From Raillietiella orientalis (Eukaryota), in contig JAYWIR010000042.1 in assembly GCA_036172245.1 (NCBI GenBank), positions 1,178,001 through 1,242,000 on the forward strand: a DNA stretch of 64,000 nucleotides, in the 5' to 3' direction. Of this stretch, positions 12,330 to 25,450 are shown one piece after another. Positions within the stretch are counted from its first letter, which is position 1; every line of letters starts with the position of its first letter. The position numbers were made by a program, and so were the translations under genes. The notes beneath the pieces are model-generated. The model was not told the origin of the DNA and did no database searches. It saw only the letters and a list, made by a program, of their open reading frames with translations.

Positions 12330-14800
12330 CGTGGGGAAAAGGAAAAAACAAAAACAAACAAGAACTGTTGCCATGTCTTGCACCGTCGCACAGATATTTT
12401 TGTTCCTCAGTCATGAGGCGATGAAATCCCTTGCATCCCTTGCTACCAGTTCTTTTTTGGCTTCAATGTTCTGAGATATTCCTCATCCGGTGAGGGAAGG
12501 CACCTCGTATCTACCACTTTATTCCGAAGATCAGAACTTTCCCTCAACCACAGAGAAGACTTCGACTATCGCTTGGACGTCGCAAAGACCTCTCGGCGAC
12601 TACGTTCGGCCACACTCAAGCACTAATGAAACACATCACGGGTGCTCTCGAAAGGCGAGAGGACGTGCAGGATGATTATTCCTCTCCCCTCGCTCAGCAC
12701 CACACCCAGAAGGTGGCGATGCCTTCAACCTGCGAATGGGCTGGTTGCGGAAAATCGCTCTCCGTCTCCCTTCAGCTGCTCCCTTCCCATCGGCGAGGCG
12801 GCGCATCGTGTCAGCAAGATGATGGGCACCGCTTGACATGTGCAACAACACCAGGGACGGCGACCGAGATTGGACGAACTGGCTAGGACGCTCTGTAAAC
12901 GACGAACGCGCCTGATCGAGCCGTCGCCCGGGACAACCACCAACGGTTGCAACGTGGAACCACCTGCGAGCAGGCTTGCCGCTATGGCCGTTCTCAGACC
13001 TGTGAGGCATGCGCGCGAGAGGTTGCTGCCATCGGTGGTTTCCCAAGCGAGGTGAGGAAGCGTGGCTGGAGCTTCGATGCCAGCAACGAACGACATGGCT
13101 TCCTCCCGGCCCTCCATTGGGGCAAACACGTGCCACGCCTGGCCGCGCCGGAGGTTACGGGCACTTGACTCGAATTTCCTCTCCACCATCGGATGTGCAG
13201 TTTTCAGCAATGGTCTGCGGCTCCCCGCCTGCAAGCGCTCGCCTCGCACCCGCGAGTGATACCGCTTGTCCGACTGCTGCCCGCAGGTTTCGCGGGTCCC
13301 ACCACGCCATCTTTCGGAAATTTCACGGAGGTTCCGCCCGAACGGAATGGTCACACGTCGGACACGAGAGTCAGAAGCTCATTCTCCGTGTCCCACGTCA
13401 CTCCTTCAGCCATCCCTCGGATGAAGTGGTCTACTCTGGCCTTGCCGCAGCGCTGCATGCCCTGAGGGCAGAGCCAGCTTTCGACCGGAGGAGTGAGGGT
13501 TCTCCTGTACCATTGCGGGAGTCACTTCTGCGAGCGAAAGAATTGGTGGACGACACCACTCTGCGTTCCCGGAATAAGGGACTGCTTCCGCAGGCCGCCT
13601 TGCTTGTTGTCCCTCCCCTGTGTATCGACACTACGGTGCTCCAATTACAGTGGAAGCAGGATGTGCTGTCGTTCCTGCACTGTGGTTTGCAGTCCAACCA
13701 GCACAGACTCCTGATTCCCGGGAGATTTGCCTACCTGAACTTCTCAAGGTGCGGGGCGATGGAGCTCGTTGCCGCGCCTCTTGATGGACTGCGGCGCTCT
13801 CAGAGACATCTCGCGGAGATCCGCTTCGGCGCTCCGCCACCAGAAGGACACCACTGCGGACCTGCTGCGGAGATTTTTCTCTAGAGGCAGACCCTTGGAT
13901 GCGCCGTGATTGCCACGATATGCCTCTCCCGCGCCATCGTCACAGACCGCCACTCACCGGGGTCTCGGCACCGCGAAAGGAGGCCACCCGCATGGCAGCC
14001 GTGTTCATGAGGAAGGGCACGAAGTGGCTTCACCTGGAGCGAGGAGTCTCCAGGGGGTCTCCACAGTTTGGCGGCGTCGTTTTTAGGAAGCAAAGAGCGG
14101 TTTCAGTCAAAGACCCCTGTTACTCTCCTGCTCGAGACTTCAAACGCCAGCCTGAGTGCCAGTGGTCACTCCTTGTGGTTATTTCTGTGCCCTTTTGGGA
14201 AACGCCTTCTCAGCATGTAGATTCATTCTCAAGATGAACTCTCCGGCGTGACCGGGAGAGAAGCTGAGCATCCGCAAGCGAGGTGGCGATCCCCCTTTTC
14301 GCCGCTTGCCAGAGGATGGATAAGGGAGGGTTTGCACTGCCGGGGATGCAAGACGAGAGGCCTGGTGCAGCTCGAAGCAGCATCCGCCTCATCTAAGAGA
14401 TGCACAGAGTGCAAATGTCGTTTCGTGCTTTCTTCGAATCTCTCGATGGTCTTCCGTCGTGGCAATGAGGACTTTCGTATCCAACATGTTTCCAGCGTGA
14501 CTTGGCGTATTACGCCATCGTCCTACTTTCCAACGCAGCCACCGCCTCCGCGTGGGGCGCCATCGTTGGGGAGATTCTTGCTGGAGACTGGAACTCTGAA
14601 TGGAAAACTTCTATCCGAACTGCCGGCAGTCCCCGAAACGAGTGACCACGAGACCGGTCAAAAGAGGTTGGACTTTTCTGCGCCTGCACAGAGTTGAAAG
14701 CACTATAAGCTGTTTCTCGGCTTCCCTTTTCCCGATCTCGAGGACTTCTCAATAGAGCTTCGTCGCAGCAGCCGAGGGTAAGCAAAGGGGGAGCTGTTTG
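12330..14800 (-). mobile_element. Decayed L1/Tx1-like ORF2 (APE endonuclease through C-terminus) with T-rich 3' UTR
   Basis: Minus-strand TCW....PRRKTIERF (endonuclease SRIDRF-like, ~14440-14490) and VGKSPG (~13715-13735). The T-rich tail (A-run on +) lies at ~12335-12362. Heavily frameshifted; boundaries approximate. Confidence 0.5.
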
Positions 14801-16319
14801 AGGAGCGGATGGTGTAGGCCAGCGACCGCAACGACGGCGGAGAATCGCATGCGCTCAACGGGAAGCGCTGCGAGCCAAGCAGGCATTCCAAGAAGCCCGG
14901 AAAGTCAGCGGCCATCCGAGCAGCGCCCTAGCTTTGTTGACACAGCACTGCTACCGGTGCAAAAGAAAACAAGAACGAAAACAGTGCCGGCAGTCAAGAG
15001 ACCGAGACTGTATGAACTTGCATCGATTGCTGACACCAGCCAGCTTCCCGGGATGGTGACCCTCCGACTCTGTTCCGGGTTTGGGTCCGTATTGGTCTGT
15101 TGGTCGACGCGTATGAAGGTACGAAGTTGCGGAGGAAGAGTTGCATTTCACGGATGAAGAGGATACATTAATTTCGAAAGAAAAGGTCCAGCATAGAGAA
15201 CGAGTTGGGTCACAAGGTGACGCTGCGTGCTTTTTCTTCATCCGTTGTCCTCACCGCTGGCTGACCTGCTCCTGTCATTTCAAATCGAAGTGTGAGAGTT
15301 TCAACGAACCGGAAAGCAGTGTTGGTAGAAGTATTGGAATTTCTATGGGAACAATCCCGCAAGGCAAAGCGCATCTGTCGGAGATATGTGTGTGAGGGGG
15401 GGGAGGGAGAATATAGGAAACAGAGATTCTCCAAATACGTGTCCTAATTCACAAAAATGCAGTAGTCCACATCTACCCGAGCAATTTAGATTACAAATGA
15501 GGCCGACCAGAATAAAGAATAATCTTTGTCAACAAGACGTTGATGGACCTCGTTTGGCGGCACACCAGGAGCCGAGAGGAAATAGGATTTGGATATGCAG
15601 GGAAAAGCAGAAAAGGATTCGACCACCTATCAGAACCCGGTCAACGCATATCAAGCCGAAGTCAACAAACCGGTACTGGCAATACTAGCATGTAGAGGGA
15701 TTACCGGCGTATGTGGTGATGAAACAGGAGAGGAGGTGTCGGAAGCAGAGAAGGCTGCTATCTGGAGCGGTGTTTGCGGTGTTGGACGTTCTTTCGATTA
15801 CACATTTCTGGAATAGACCTGATAGAAACCTGACAGAACGCGATCAAATGTCAAACATACCTTCGGATCGTGCTTGCATAGAGTCCTACTAAGCAATGTC
15901 TTTGGTGAAGATGGTCCTAACGTTATATAGACGAGGTGCACACTGCTACGATCACTGATGAGCAAACATCTACCATGGGAAGAACAAGGCTGCAGTCCAT
16001 AGCAAAGTCACGCTAAAAGGAAAACATGTTTGAGCTGACTCAGAAACTGATGTGGATCAGAAAACAAGGTCGCAAGAAATGTGCAGCTCTAAGGATCTGT
16101 GTTTGGAAAGCTTTGGAATGGAATGGCCTCTGCCTTTTTTCGACTACTTTGTGAGGCCCTCGAAAAAAGAAAAAAATTACTAAGGATGGAGCTATAAAAA
16201 GGTCGCTAGATCTGAAGAAGAAGCTGGAGACCCATTGGCACCGTAGGACGAACCGGCGAAGTGTGATACAGGAGATCACTGGCTTTAGGAACACACATCA
16301 TAACTTCTAGTATAGGAAG

Positions 16320-17100
16320 TGGAGGAATGTTTTATTGAAAACTTTGAGACCATTTTCGGTGCCAGATTTTTTGATACCAAACGATGTTGGAATCAGGAGT
16401 ATCTTGTCCCTCCAGAGTATCTCACCCCATTCAGAGCATGAGAGAAAATTCGATGGGCTTTCACGTAAAGGTTTGAAAAGTTTGAAAGTCCTTACGTCTG
16501 GAGGCAGAGGTGATTTTCATTATCTTCAGCACCTTCTTCCTGGTGGAAAGGGATACTAGCATCCAGAATCCTACTTGCTAAAGGTTTTGCTGGATGGAAC
16601 TTATTTCCATGGATGTCTCCATTTACTACTTGCATACAGAATGCCTTACTCAAATGCTCCGAGGACCAATCATAGGCAACAAAGTCACCTGCCCACAACG
16701 TTTGATGGACTCCTGGAATGAGTCTTTGCTCCGCGAACAAGAGTCGATGGCGATATCCAAGTAGAGCATCTGCGAAGCACCTGTTTCCTTAACAAATGCA
16801 CTATGAGATGGCGCTTTCAGCTGCTGGGGGGCTGCTCTAAAAAATTCATATGCACATGGGGTGGAATCGAGGATGCTTTCTCACCTCGTTTTCCTTCCTG
16901 GCGATAGCGATCGAAGGATCTGAGAAAGATTCCCGCCCTCTCTCTTCTAGCATCCTCCCAGATCAGCCGAGCCTGGAATGGACTTCACAGATCTGGTGCT
17001 TTAGCGAGGAGGAGGAATGATTATATCAAACATCTGTTCCTCCGAAAAGACATCGGCGGCTCTAAACGGGTCAACACGGAGAAAACGGAGAGAACATTGG
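16320..17100 (+). other. Possible second decayed negative-strand RNA virus L fragment (region downstream of the catalytic motifs)
   Basis: ILLAKGFAGWNLFPWMSPFTTCIQNALL resembles the conserved LPxxLGG...DPLT block of L proteins. Base composition is virus-like and lower in GC than the flanking LINEs. Many stops and frameshifts. Confidence 0.3.
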
Positions 17101-18614
17101 GGTTCGGCTCTCCAATTGTTTATCAAAAGAGTGCAAGAGAGTGTTGCGTCTGCGAGAGATCGTCCAGGGATTCTTCGGATATTGGGATCCCTGAAAACAA
17201 CTAAACGAAGAAAGAACTGAAGATACCTAATTTTCCATCAGGCAGAACCTGTTGGAAAATGAATGGTGTGCTCGTACATCAAACACATCTAGAGAGATGT
17301 GTTTGATGCTGGAAGCACCAGCTGGACCGCTGCGAGGCAAGAATGACACTTTTGTGCGTTAGATGACATGCAAAGAATAGCTTGAGTGATGAGTGGCGGA
17401 GGTACCTATGCCATTTGTTTTCATCCCTCCTCCCCCTGTCGGTATTCTTTGTAGGTAAAAGTGGGAAGAAAATCCTCGAAACATAATCGTTTCCCGCACG
17501 GTGGTCACTGCCTTTCTGAAGTGGTCTATGGACAGGAGGATGTAGATTACAGAGAGACATTGTTTCAGCTGCCCTTCCACTATCTGTTTCAACGTGTGGC
17601 ACCCCTTCGAGAAGAGAAAGCGTTAGGAGGCTTCTAAACGTCGAAGCTGCCCCATCTCTGCCGAAGAGTGGTTTGTTCTGTGATGAGCGGAAGAGCGGGC
17701 CCATTCAGAACTTTTGTCCACGTTGGATTCGTCCTTCGAACCTCCCATCTTCTCTCTCCTTCTTCCAGTTCTCCTCTCGCGTTTTCTACCCGCAGCAACC
17801 CAAACTTTTTCTAAAAAGAGAGAGCAATCGACTCGCTTTAAGTTCCGTCATTATTATCTATCCTAATTCAGCTCACTATAATCCCACTTGGATATCGTCA
17901 TTGGAGTTCTTCCATGTAATCAAAGACTTTTAAATCACTGCGGGCTGCAAGAGGCACCCTGACTTTTGTTTCATGGAAAACGAAGCATCATCCAAAGGCT
18001 GGACCAACAAAAAACGTCTCTGGGCGAGCAAATCCCGACCACCACCATTCGTTCACTTTCATTCTTCCTTTCTTCTTTCTCGTCTCCTCGGGAGAAGACA
18101 CTCCTTCAGACTCTAATTCCTGAGTTTGGTGTGTATTGATGAGGAGTGTCCTCCAATGAGACGCTTTGGCTGTCTGTTTTGCTGCAAAGACGCGCAAGAC
18201 AGCTGTTGCAGTCGTTGCAGGGAAAGGATGCTGAAATTCCCAAGACGGGCTCGGAGACTCAGCAGAAGCAACTGTCTCAGGAAGCCTTGTCCATGAGATC
18301 AATGACAGAAGGAAGAGTAGAATTTCTCGGTGAACATATTGAATTCGAGCACACTAAGGGTCCATGTACTGCACCCCTCAAAGGAACTCCAAAAGACAAT
18401 CCTTAACGAGGCTTCAAAAAAAGCTGCTGCAAGAGAAAAGCCAAGACTACGAGGAGCTCCTTTCTCTTTGTGATTGTCTTTATCGTGAAAATCGTGAAAT
18501 CTTTCAAGCATATTCAAGCATCTTCAGATGAAGGACAGTGGGGCAGACATCGATGTGAATCCGTTCGTTCCACCTCCTATTGGAAAGCATCCCAGATGCA
18601 ACTCATCCGATTAG

Positions 18615-19480
18615 ATCCTTCAAAAAGTGGAGAAAGCTTGAGAATTTCGAAGTCAGTAGGTGAGATCATGGAAGCCACACCTAGGAAAGGACATGGTTTA
18701 CGCAGCAGAAAAGTTGACGTGTGTGTTCCAAGGAATAGCTCAAGACACAAAGTCCCTCGTTGATTCTTCGTTGATGCTGGAGATGATAGAGCACGCCGCA
18801 TCCTCATGCAGTAGAGGGATTTTGCTCAAAACTGGATCGTTGCAAAAAAACATTCTGCAAGCACCTTCTCTACGATCGAAAGCAGAGGGAAATAGGGTTC
18901 GATCGTGAGATGGTGGAGTTTCCACCTTCCCGCAGGAGTAACCGTGAGTTTGTGTCCTTCCATTTTCTCAAAACCTGAGCAACGGGTTCGAGTCGAATGA
19001 AACCAAGGTGACTGATGTAGCCCCTGGAAGGGTGGATCGTGAAGAAAATTATCCTTGAAATGGCCAAACAATTAAGAAATTCTGAATGCTTCCAGATTGG
19101 CTTGATGTCTTCTGCCTTTTGCTTGCTCATTGGACTGGACAATAGACGGTAAAACGAAGTATCAGATTGAAATTCATGCAGCCACAGTAGATCTCTTCAA
19201 GCAAGTCGAATCGATTTCTGCTTAGGATTAAAAAGAAATTTCTGTTAGAACACAGAGTTCTTGAAAATCCCATTCATCAACTCCATTTCCTATTCAGTTT
19301 CGTTCTTCTGCTTCCAGAAATTGCAAGATGTGATGAGAATTTGAAGGAGTGTCAACGGAAAGCTCCGGAATAGCAATGAAGCTACGGAATCTCTGACAGC
19401 AGTTTTATCAAGCTCCTCCAGAGACTTCCGTTCATCAACTACATTGTATGGAACCGGAAGATTTGAGTATATAACGTCAC
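18615..19480 (+). pseudogene. TTC29: TTC29-like 3' exons, apparently frameshifted or degraded
   Basis: The acceptor ttag at 18611-18614 is phase-compatible with the donor at 2244. Segments RSWKPHLGKDMVYAAEKLTCVF...EMIEHAASSCSRG, ILEMAKQLRNSECFQIGLMSSAFCL, AATVDLFKQV, EIARCDEN, NSNEATESL and LYGTGR follow the TPR-region order of TTC29, but frame changes are needed. Confidence 0.45.
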
Positions 19481-22249
19481 ATTCTTATGTATCGTCCTTA
19501 TTATTCATTATTCAACAGTGCCTTCCAACCCCATGCAAGCTTTTTAATTGCCACACTTTCCTATCAAGGAAAAAGATTTGCGTACCCTTGAGGTCCATCT
19601 CCATCCAAATTATTGACTGAGAAAGAAACGGGTGATTAAACCGTGTACGGCCTTAGAGGTTAACAAGAATACTGCCTATGTACTTTCCTCTGATGTAAAT
19701 GTCTTCTCCTTTTCTACTGCAAATCGAAAAAACATCCTCCTCAGCATTCTTTATCGAATTGATCATGTAAACCAAAAAAAATGAAAGCCGGCTGAGGTCT
19801 ACAGGATCTCAGTTCTTTGATAGTTCCACGCTTATTTTCAAACACAAAGAAAATCTACTCTGGAAGTTCAGGATGCGTGATTTGGCAAGCAAACACCGGG
19901 TGCCTTGAAAACAAGGGCAGTAGCACATCTTGTAGCATCATGTTAGTGACTTCCTTTCCAGGACCCTTAGAAAATTCTGTTCTCAGAAATGCCCATAAAT
20001 CAGATGAATTATCTTTGAAAAGGCTCCCATTCCCTGCACATGGCATACTTCAAATATTCAAACATCATTTACTTTTTAAAATTCACTATCCATTCGTCCA
20101 CAATGCGATGGATGCAATTGAAACAAAAGGCTCGTCTCGTGAGCGGTCCTCCGCCGAAGATCGCACCCACCACCATCATCACTTTGCTGGAAGCAGACTG
20201 GTGGAAAAAGACATGGCAAGTCCGTGCAAAGACATCGACCAACTTCCATTCTGCCACGCTTTTCTTCTGGAAGCCAGGTGCCAGCTCCACAGCTGGCGCT
20301 ACCAGCATGCACTGAAGCTTCCGGTCCGACAACGTGTCCGACAACATGTGGAAGGGACTCACCTCGGCCCAAATCTGCCCACATGGGCATTGGGATTCCA
20401 CTCTTCCCTGGTGCCGTCGTCCAGGGATGACCCTCGGGCAGGAGCCCAGACGTTTCCAGTCAGGTATGCTGGCTAGGATGGGGCCCATCGCCACTCTCAC
20501 CTGTCCATTGCTTCATCGGGAAGTTCCGCCTCGTGATGGAACCAGGAACCCTTTCCCACACGTTCCATACAGCGCTCTCCATGCTTTACTGCTGGGAAAT
20601 GCCCACGGGAACGTGTTTCTGTTTGAACGACCTTGTCTCCGCTTGCAAGGTCAACTAGCAGATCTCTGCAGGGGGACTCTCTCGGACCACAGTGCAGGCA
20701 CCACTCTTGCATCTGGAAGAGATGAAGTCTCCTTGGTCCAAAAGCGCGGTTCAGGAGGAAGGCGGACCACCACTTGCACATTCGATGAAGCAGAGCGAGA
20801 CCGGAATGAAGAACGGACACTCATGCACCGATCACCGATTTGCCCTCCAGAATTGCCCCCGCGCAACACCAGTTAGGAAAATTGTCAGCAACCTTTTTTT
20901 CTTCTGCAGCACCTTCCTAAATGCGTTCTTTGAGTCTTTCTCGTCAGAGACCGTGCTTTCTGATGCACTCCGTAACCTTTATCACCTAATCCGTCTCGAG
21001 TACGATGCAGCTCTTCTTCTACCCTCTTCCGGTTCACCGTGAGTTCCTGCGCATCCCAACGCCTCATCCCCAACGCCACAATCCTTGGGCCCAGGCAGCC
21101 GACGATCCCACTTGCAACGTGTATTCGCCTTCCTACGGAGGGCAGGGAGATCTTCTACCCCTTCCCCCAGTGTCCATCCTTCCACACTTGCAACCACCAA
21201 GAAATTCACAACCGCCTCATCGAATGCAACTTTTATATCTCCTGCCTCCTCGTCGGACCACACGCCCCAGCACCGGACATCCACCAACTTCACCCTGCGA
21301 CAAGACGGAAGATCGAAATCTCTGGCTCGCCTTTCATCAGGAACATCTCTCAAATCTGGTTGCGGTCTCCAGTCTCAGATCTCGTTCCCATGATTCCTGT
21401 TTGCAAGAAAATTTTGCTTTCAAGTTCTGAGGCTGGTCATGTTCGTTCATTGCAGAGAAGTCTGAAGATGAGCTCGAGAGACGATTATGCGTTCGAAAGA
21501 GAGAAGATTCCAAGCTCGAAAGCTCGTCCTCCTCCCTGATAGCTTCTCGCACTCCGACCCCAGGGGCGGCGGGGTCGTGCGCGAGAGGATTGCAAGGCGA
21601 CGAGCTCGCCTGAGTAGATCAAGAGGACTGCAATGTACAACAGGATTGGTCGCTCAGCGTGCCTGGAGTGGCCTGCAACCCCTTGACCGGATCGTCTTCG
21701 TCCACCTCAGACGAGACGGGAGATCTGCTTGCGAGGGAGGTCCACCCGCAAGAAGTGGATCTTAGGGCGCCTGGACCCGAGTCGGCGTTCCCGAATCCTT
21801 CGACTGCGGAAGCACGAAAAGTGCTCTTCCTGGATTCAATCTGCCCACACTGTGGGAAGGCGTGGTTAGACCAGGAGTGGAACTTGACAAAAGTCAGCAG
21901 CGGCCTATATCTGGGGCCCATCTGGACACTGGTACGGGTCCGTATCGGCTCCAGTGACTCTGAGCATCTGTCTGAGAGCGCCGCGCTCTCCGGAGACGGT
22001 GGCAATGGCGATGGAGGAAGCTGCTGCGGAACGGCGGCTGCCAGCAGCTTCGAATCTCCCGCCAGCGCGCGTCCCAGCGCGGCAGGCGGCTCCGACCATG
22101 TTGTGAGCTCACCGCGCTCTCGGAAGGCCGGCGCGAAGACAAGGGTCCTGAAATTTTTCCGGGGGTTGTTGCTTCGCATTGGTCCTCGGCGTCGCCAACT
22201 GACAGCTGTTAATGAATAAAGTCCGAGATTCTCGGTTTTCTTCGTGCAG

Positions 22250-24715
22250 TATGAGAGTTTCGGCTACAGGTTTGGTTGGTTTGGCGGGACCCTCAACAAC
22301 GCGAGGCCTTGGACGCAGCCTTTCTCTTCTCAGGAACTTGGAAGAGAGGAGGGGAAGTCGAATACTGTGGAGGCTGGGGCAGGTCTTGGGGTCGCTCGAC
22401 CCGCCTTCCAGGCAGGAAATGCCGATTTCCGTATTGGCAATTTTGCTACGGACGATCGCGAGTGTTCTTGCAGAAGGAACTTGGGAGGAGCTTCCGTTTC
22501 GAATGCATTCAGAAACAGATACGCTGCTCTTCTGCTAGCACGGCGATTTCTCTAAGGTACTAACGAGCGAGATACCTGCATCGTCGGTGCCGCTATTAAT
22601 GGAGACGGTTCCGACGAAGGACGGAGTCTGCAAGGAAGTAGTCAGATGATTTCCGGGGGGAAAAGCACGTTTCGAATCACGGAAGGATAGGACGCAGGAT
22701 CGACGTGTCAACAACGGACGAAAACCAGGCTGTGGGAAGGTCGGATGCTGTGCATTCTTTCTTGAAAGAAGAAGTCACAGGCTCAGCTCATGAGTGTTCA
22801 CCAAGAATCCATAAATACTCTCGGCGTCCGGATAAATGTTTCCAGAGGATCGAGAGCATGCCTTCCGGGCATGCTGGCGGCGCCCATGGCTGCAAGCACG
22901 TGTTTGCGTACGTTTTCGAAGGCAACGGAGCGGAGGAGGAGAGAATCAAAGTGGAAAATAGGAGAGGAGCCAAGGGAAAAGCATTTTTAGAACTTGTTTA
23001 CAAGATCCGCGTCCGTGGCAGCCGCGTTCCGTGGCTACCACGGACGCTCCCGTCGGCAAGGACGCGGTCACAGTTCCGTACGACAACGCTGCGGGTGCCT
23101 TCCTTCCTGTCGCAGAGCTCGGGAGTGTTCGTATGCGCTCCGCTTGCGGCAGTTTTCACACTCCTTGTGTGAGGTGTGTGTGGAGACCCGACGACCCGTG
23201 TGATAGTAGAGATGCCTGAAAACGCCGCTTGGAAAGGCCGGTTGCATTCCGTTCTCCCGGAATGCAACCCGCCTGAATGGGAGGCGGGAGCAGCATCACC
23301 GACTTCCTGGTCATGGCGCCGGGACTCGCCTCGTGCAAGGGAGGCATCGGTAACTCGTCTTCTCAGCCTGTGGAGGTGGGGACATGCGCTCCCAAGGAAT
23401 GGTCCTCTGCCCCGGGGAGAGCTTGCTGCACCGTCTGCGGCAGCCGCAGCAGAACAACGGACCTACAAGGCCTAAGGATACAAGCTGGGACTGCTATGCA
23501 AGGTGAGCTGGCTTTATTCACAGAACCCCGCGCGCTCCTTTGGCAGGCAGTTACCCAAACAGGGCGTTATGCCGGAAGAGGTGGACGAGCTGTGGATAAG
23601 TAGCGGGATCAGCTTGTTGAGTGACCTGCAAAGATGCAAGTCTTGCTCAATGGCTACTATAAACGTCCTCCGTATTCGAGGGACGAAAACTTTACCCAGT
23701 GACGGAGAATCACTCGCAGGTGGTCCACCTCACTGGGATAACCCGTGCGAATATCCAAGGACGAACGTTCCGCGAACAGCCGACATTCGGAACCGTCCAC
23801 GCACTGTGGTCACTGTCCAACCTTTCCGAAGGGTTCGAAAACCCGTTTAGTGGTCTTGCCGTAGCGCGGAACCTGCTTCCACAACAGGAAATAGGGAGGC
23901 AGTAGCCGCTGGTCACCATGTCTGCCTTGAAGCAAAATGCGAGGGAAAGGACTGCAACTGTGAATCGACTTCCACAACAGGAGACAGAAAGACAGAGGGC
24001 ACTTACCGTAGTTTCTGTCTGGGGACAGAGTGCAGGATAAAAAAAAAAAAGGAACTGAGGATCTGTGGATCTGCTTCCTCAACAGGAGGCACGAATGCAG
24101 CAGCTGCTGCTCTCCAATTTCGGCTTGGACCGAGATGCGCGAGGAAAGAACGCAACTGCGAGTCTTTTTTCTCAGCAGGATACAGAAAGATACTGATCGC
24201 ACTTGCTTGCTCTCTTCCCCCTGTGGGAATGCTTTTCTGTGTCCCTGTAGATAGCCGATGGCAACCCCAGAGACGTTTAATGCCCTTCTTGCGCGACGCC
24301 CTCACGCCGCCTGCATCCCTAGAGCACTTTGCTGCCTACACGGGATCGTGGTTGCATGGAGCAGAGCCAGAGGAGGACACAACGATAGGGACGCCATCTG
24401 CTTTGTGGTCGTCTTCTTGAGGATAGTGTCAAGATGGCTCCATCTGGGAATCATGAAACAGGAACTTGCCGGCATCCTGCAAAGAAAGCAGAGGACTCCC
24501 TAGAGGAGACAGTGATCTCTTCCCGAACCTTCCCAATGTTTTTGCATATATTTTTTTGGTTTTATTTTTCTTTTCGTTGTTTCCTCTTCCCCTCTGCTGC
24601 CCAGGCGAACCTCGCCGGCCTGCGTGCTGGTTCTCAGCAGGTTCCCATGGTTACATTTGTAACGTAACCGACTTCTGTTTTTATTTCATATGAATAAACT
24701 CCCCGGGAGTCAACC
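22250..24715 (+). mobile_element. Decayed L1/Tx1-like element, 3' part (RT C-half, C-terminal domain, 3' UTR)
   Basis: ETDTLLF (YADD-site-like) and SINTLGVRI (KYLGV-like). The C-terminal peptide GIVVAWSRA..DRDAICFVVVFLRIV..ELAGILQRKQRTP is shared with other copies. T-rich UTR; AATAAA at 24693-24698. Confidence 0.6.
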
Positions 24716-24778
24716 CTCTCAAGTGGCAGGAACCGCCGTCGCTGCAGCTGCATTGGGGAATGCAGGAAAAGCGTGCCC

Positions 24779-25450
24779 CTACCACTGGACCCGGAAGAGT
24801 GCGACAGCTGCAGGGAAAGGGAGACCCACCCGCACCTGCCCCTCAACTGCTTTGCTCTCTTTGGCTCCTCTGGGAACGTTTCTCAACGACCCTCCGGATC
24901 TCCAGGAATGATCCCAGAGGCGTGTTGAAGCGCCTCTTCGTGCGTGAAGCGCTGTCACGAGCCACCGAGTGCCTAGCAACCGTTTGCTGCATGCAGAGTG
25001 CCGTGGCAGATTGGAAGGCCGCGAGGAAAAGGTCAGACTGACAGCGGATGGAGCAAGAGACCGAGCTTCTCGCGTGGGTGTGCTGAATTGGTGGAACTGG
25101 ATGTTGAGGAGCCTCTTTTTTGAGGTGTCTCCAGCATCACAGTGTTCACAGAAACTTGGGTTTTTCCACATGCCACAGGTCAACAAGTTATTTGAAAACA
25201 GCCTGTGAGGCATCCCCTCATCTTCGTGAACCGTTATTCGCACTGCGGCAAGGCCCCTGAAAACCCTTTCGTATCCCTTTAGAGGGTTGCGATTTGCCCA
25301 CAGCGCGTGGGCGATTCCACATTTTGAGATTCCCTCGCGAACGACGTCTTTCGCCATTCGCAGTGTAGTGTCAGTTAGTTGGACCAACAACGAGCGGTTT
25401 CCTATAACCAGAAAGAGCTTCCGACTTTTCATGCTCGTGGGAGTTTTCAA
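24779..25450 (-). mobile_element. L1-like ORF2 C-terminal (zinc-binding) fragment
   Basis: ALWANRNPLK...NNLLT...SFCEHCDAGDT resembles the W..P.K..L.T..CxxC zf-RVT region of L1-clade ORF2. Confidence 0.45.

Noticed and set aside
7200..15200. Numerous overlapping 60-290 aa ORFs in the six-frame track as independent genes
   Set aside because: High GC content makes long spurious ORFs likely, and many are antisense shadows of decayed LINE ORFs.
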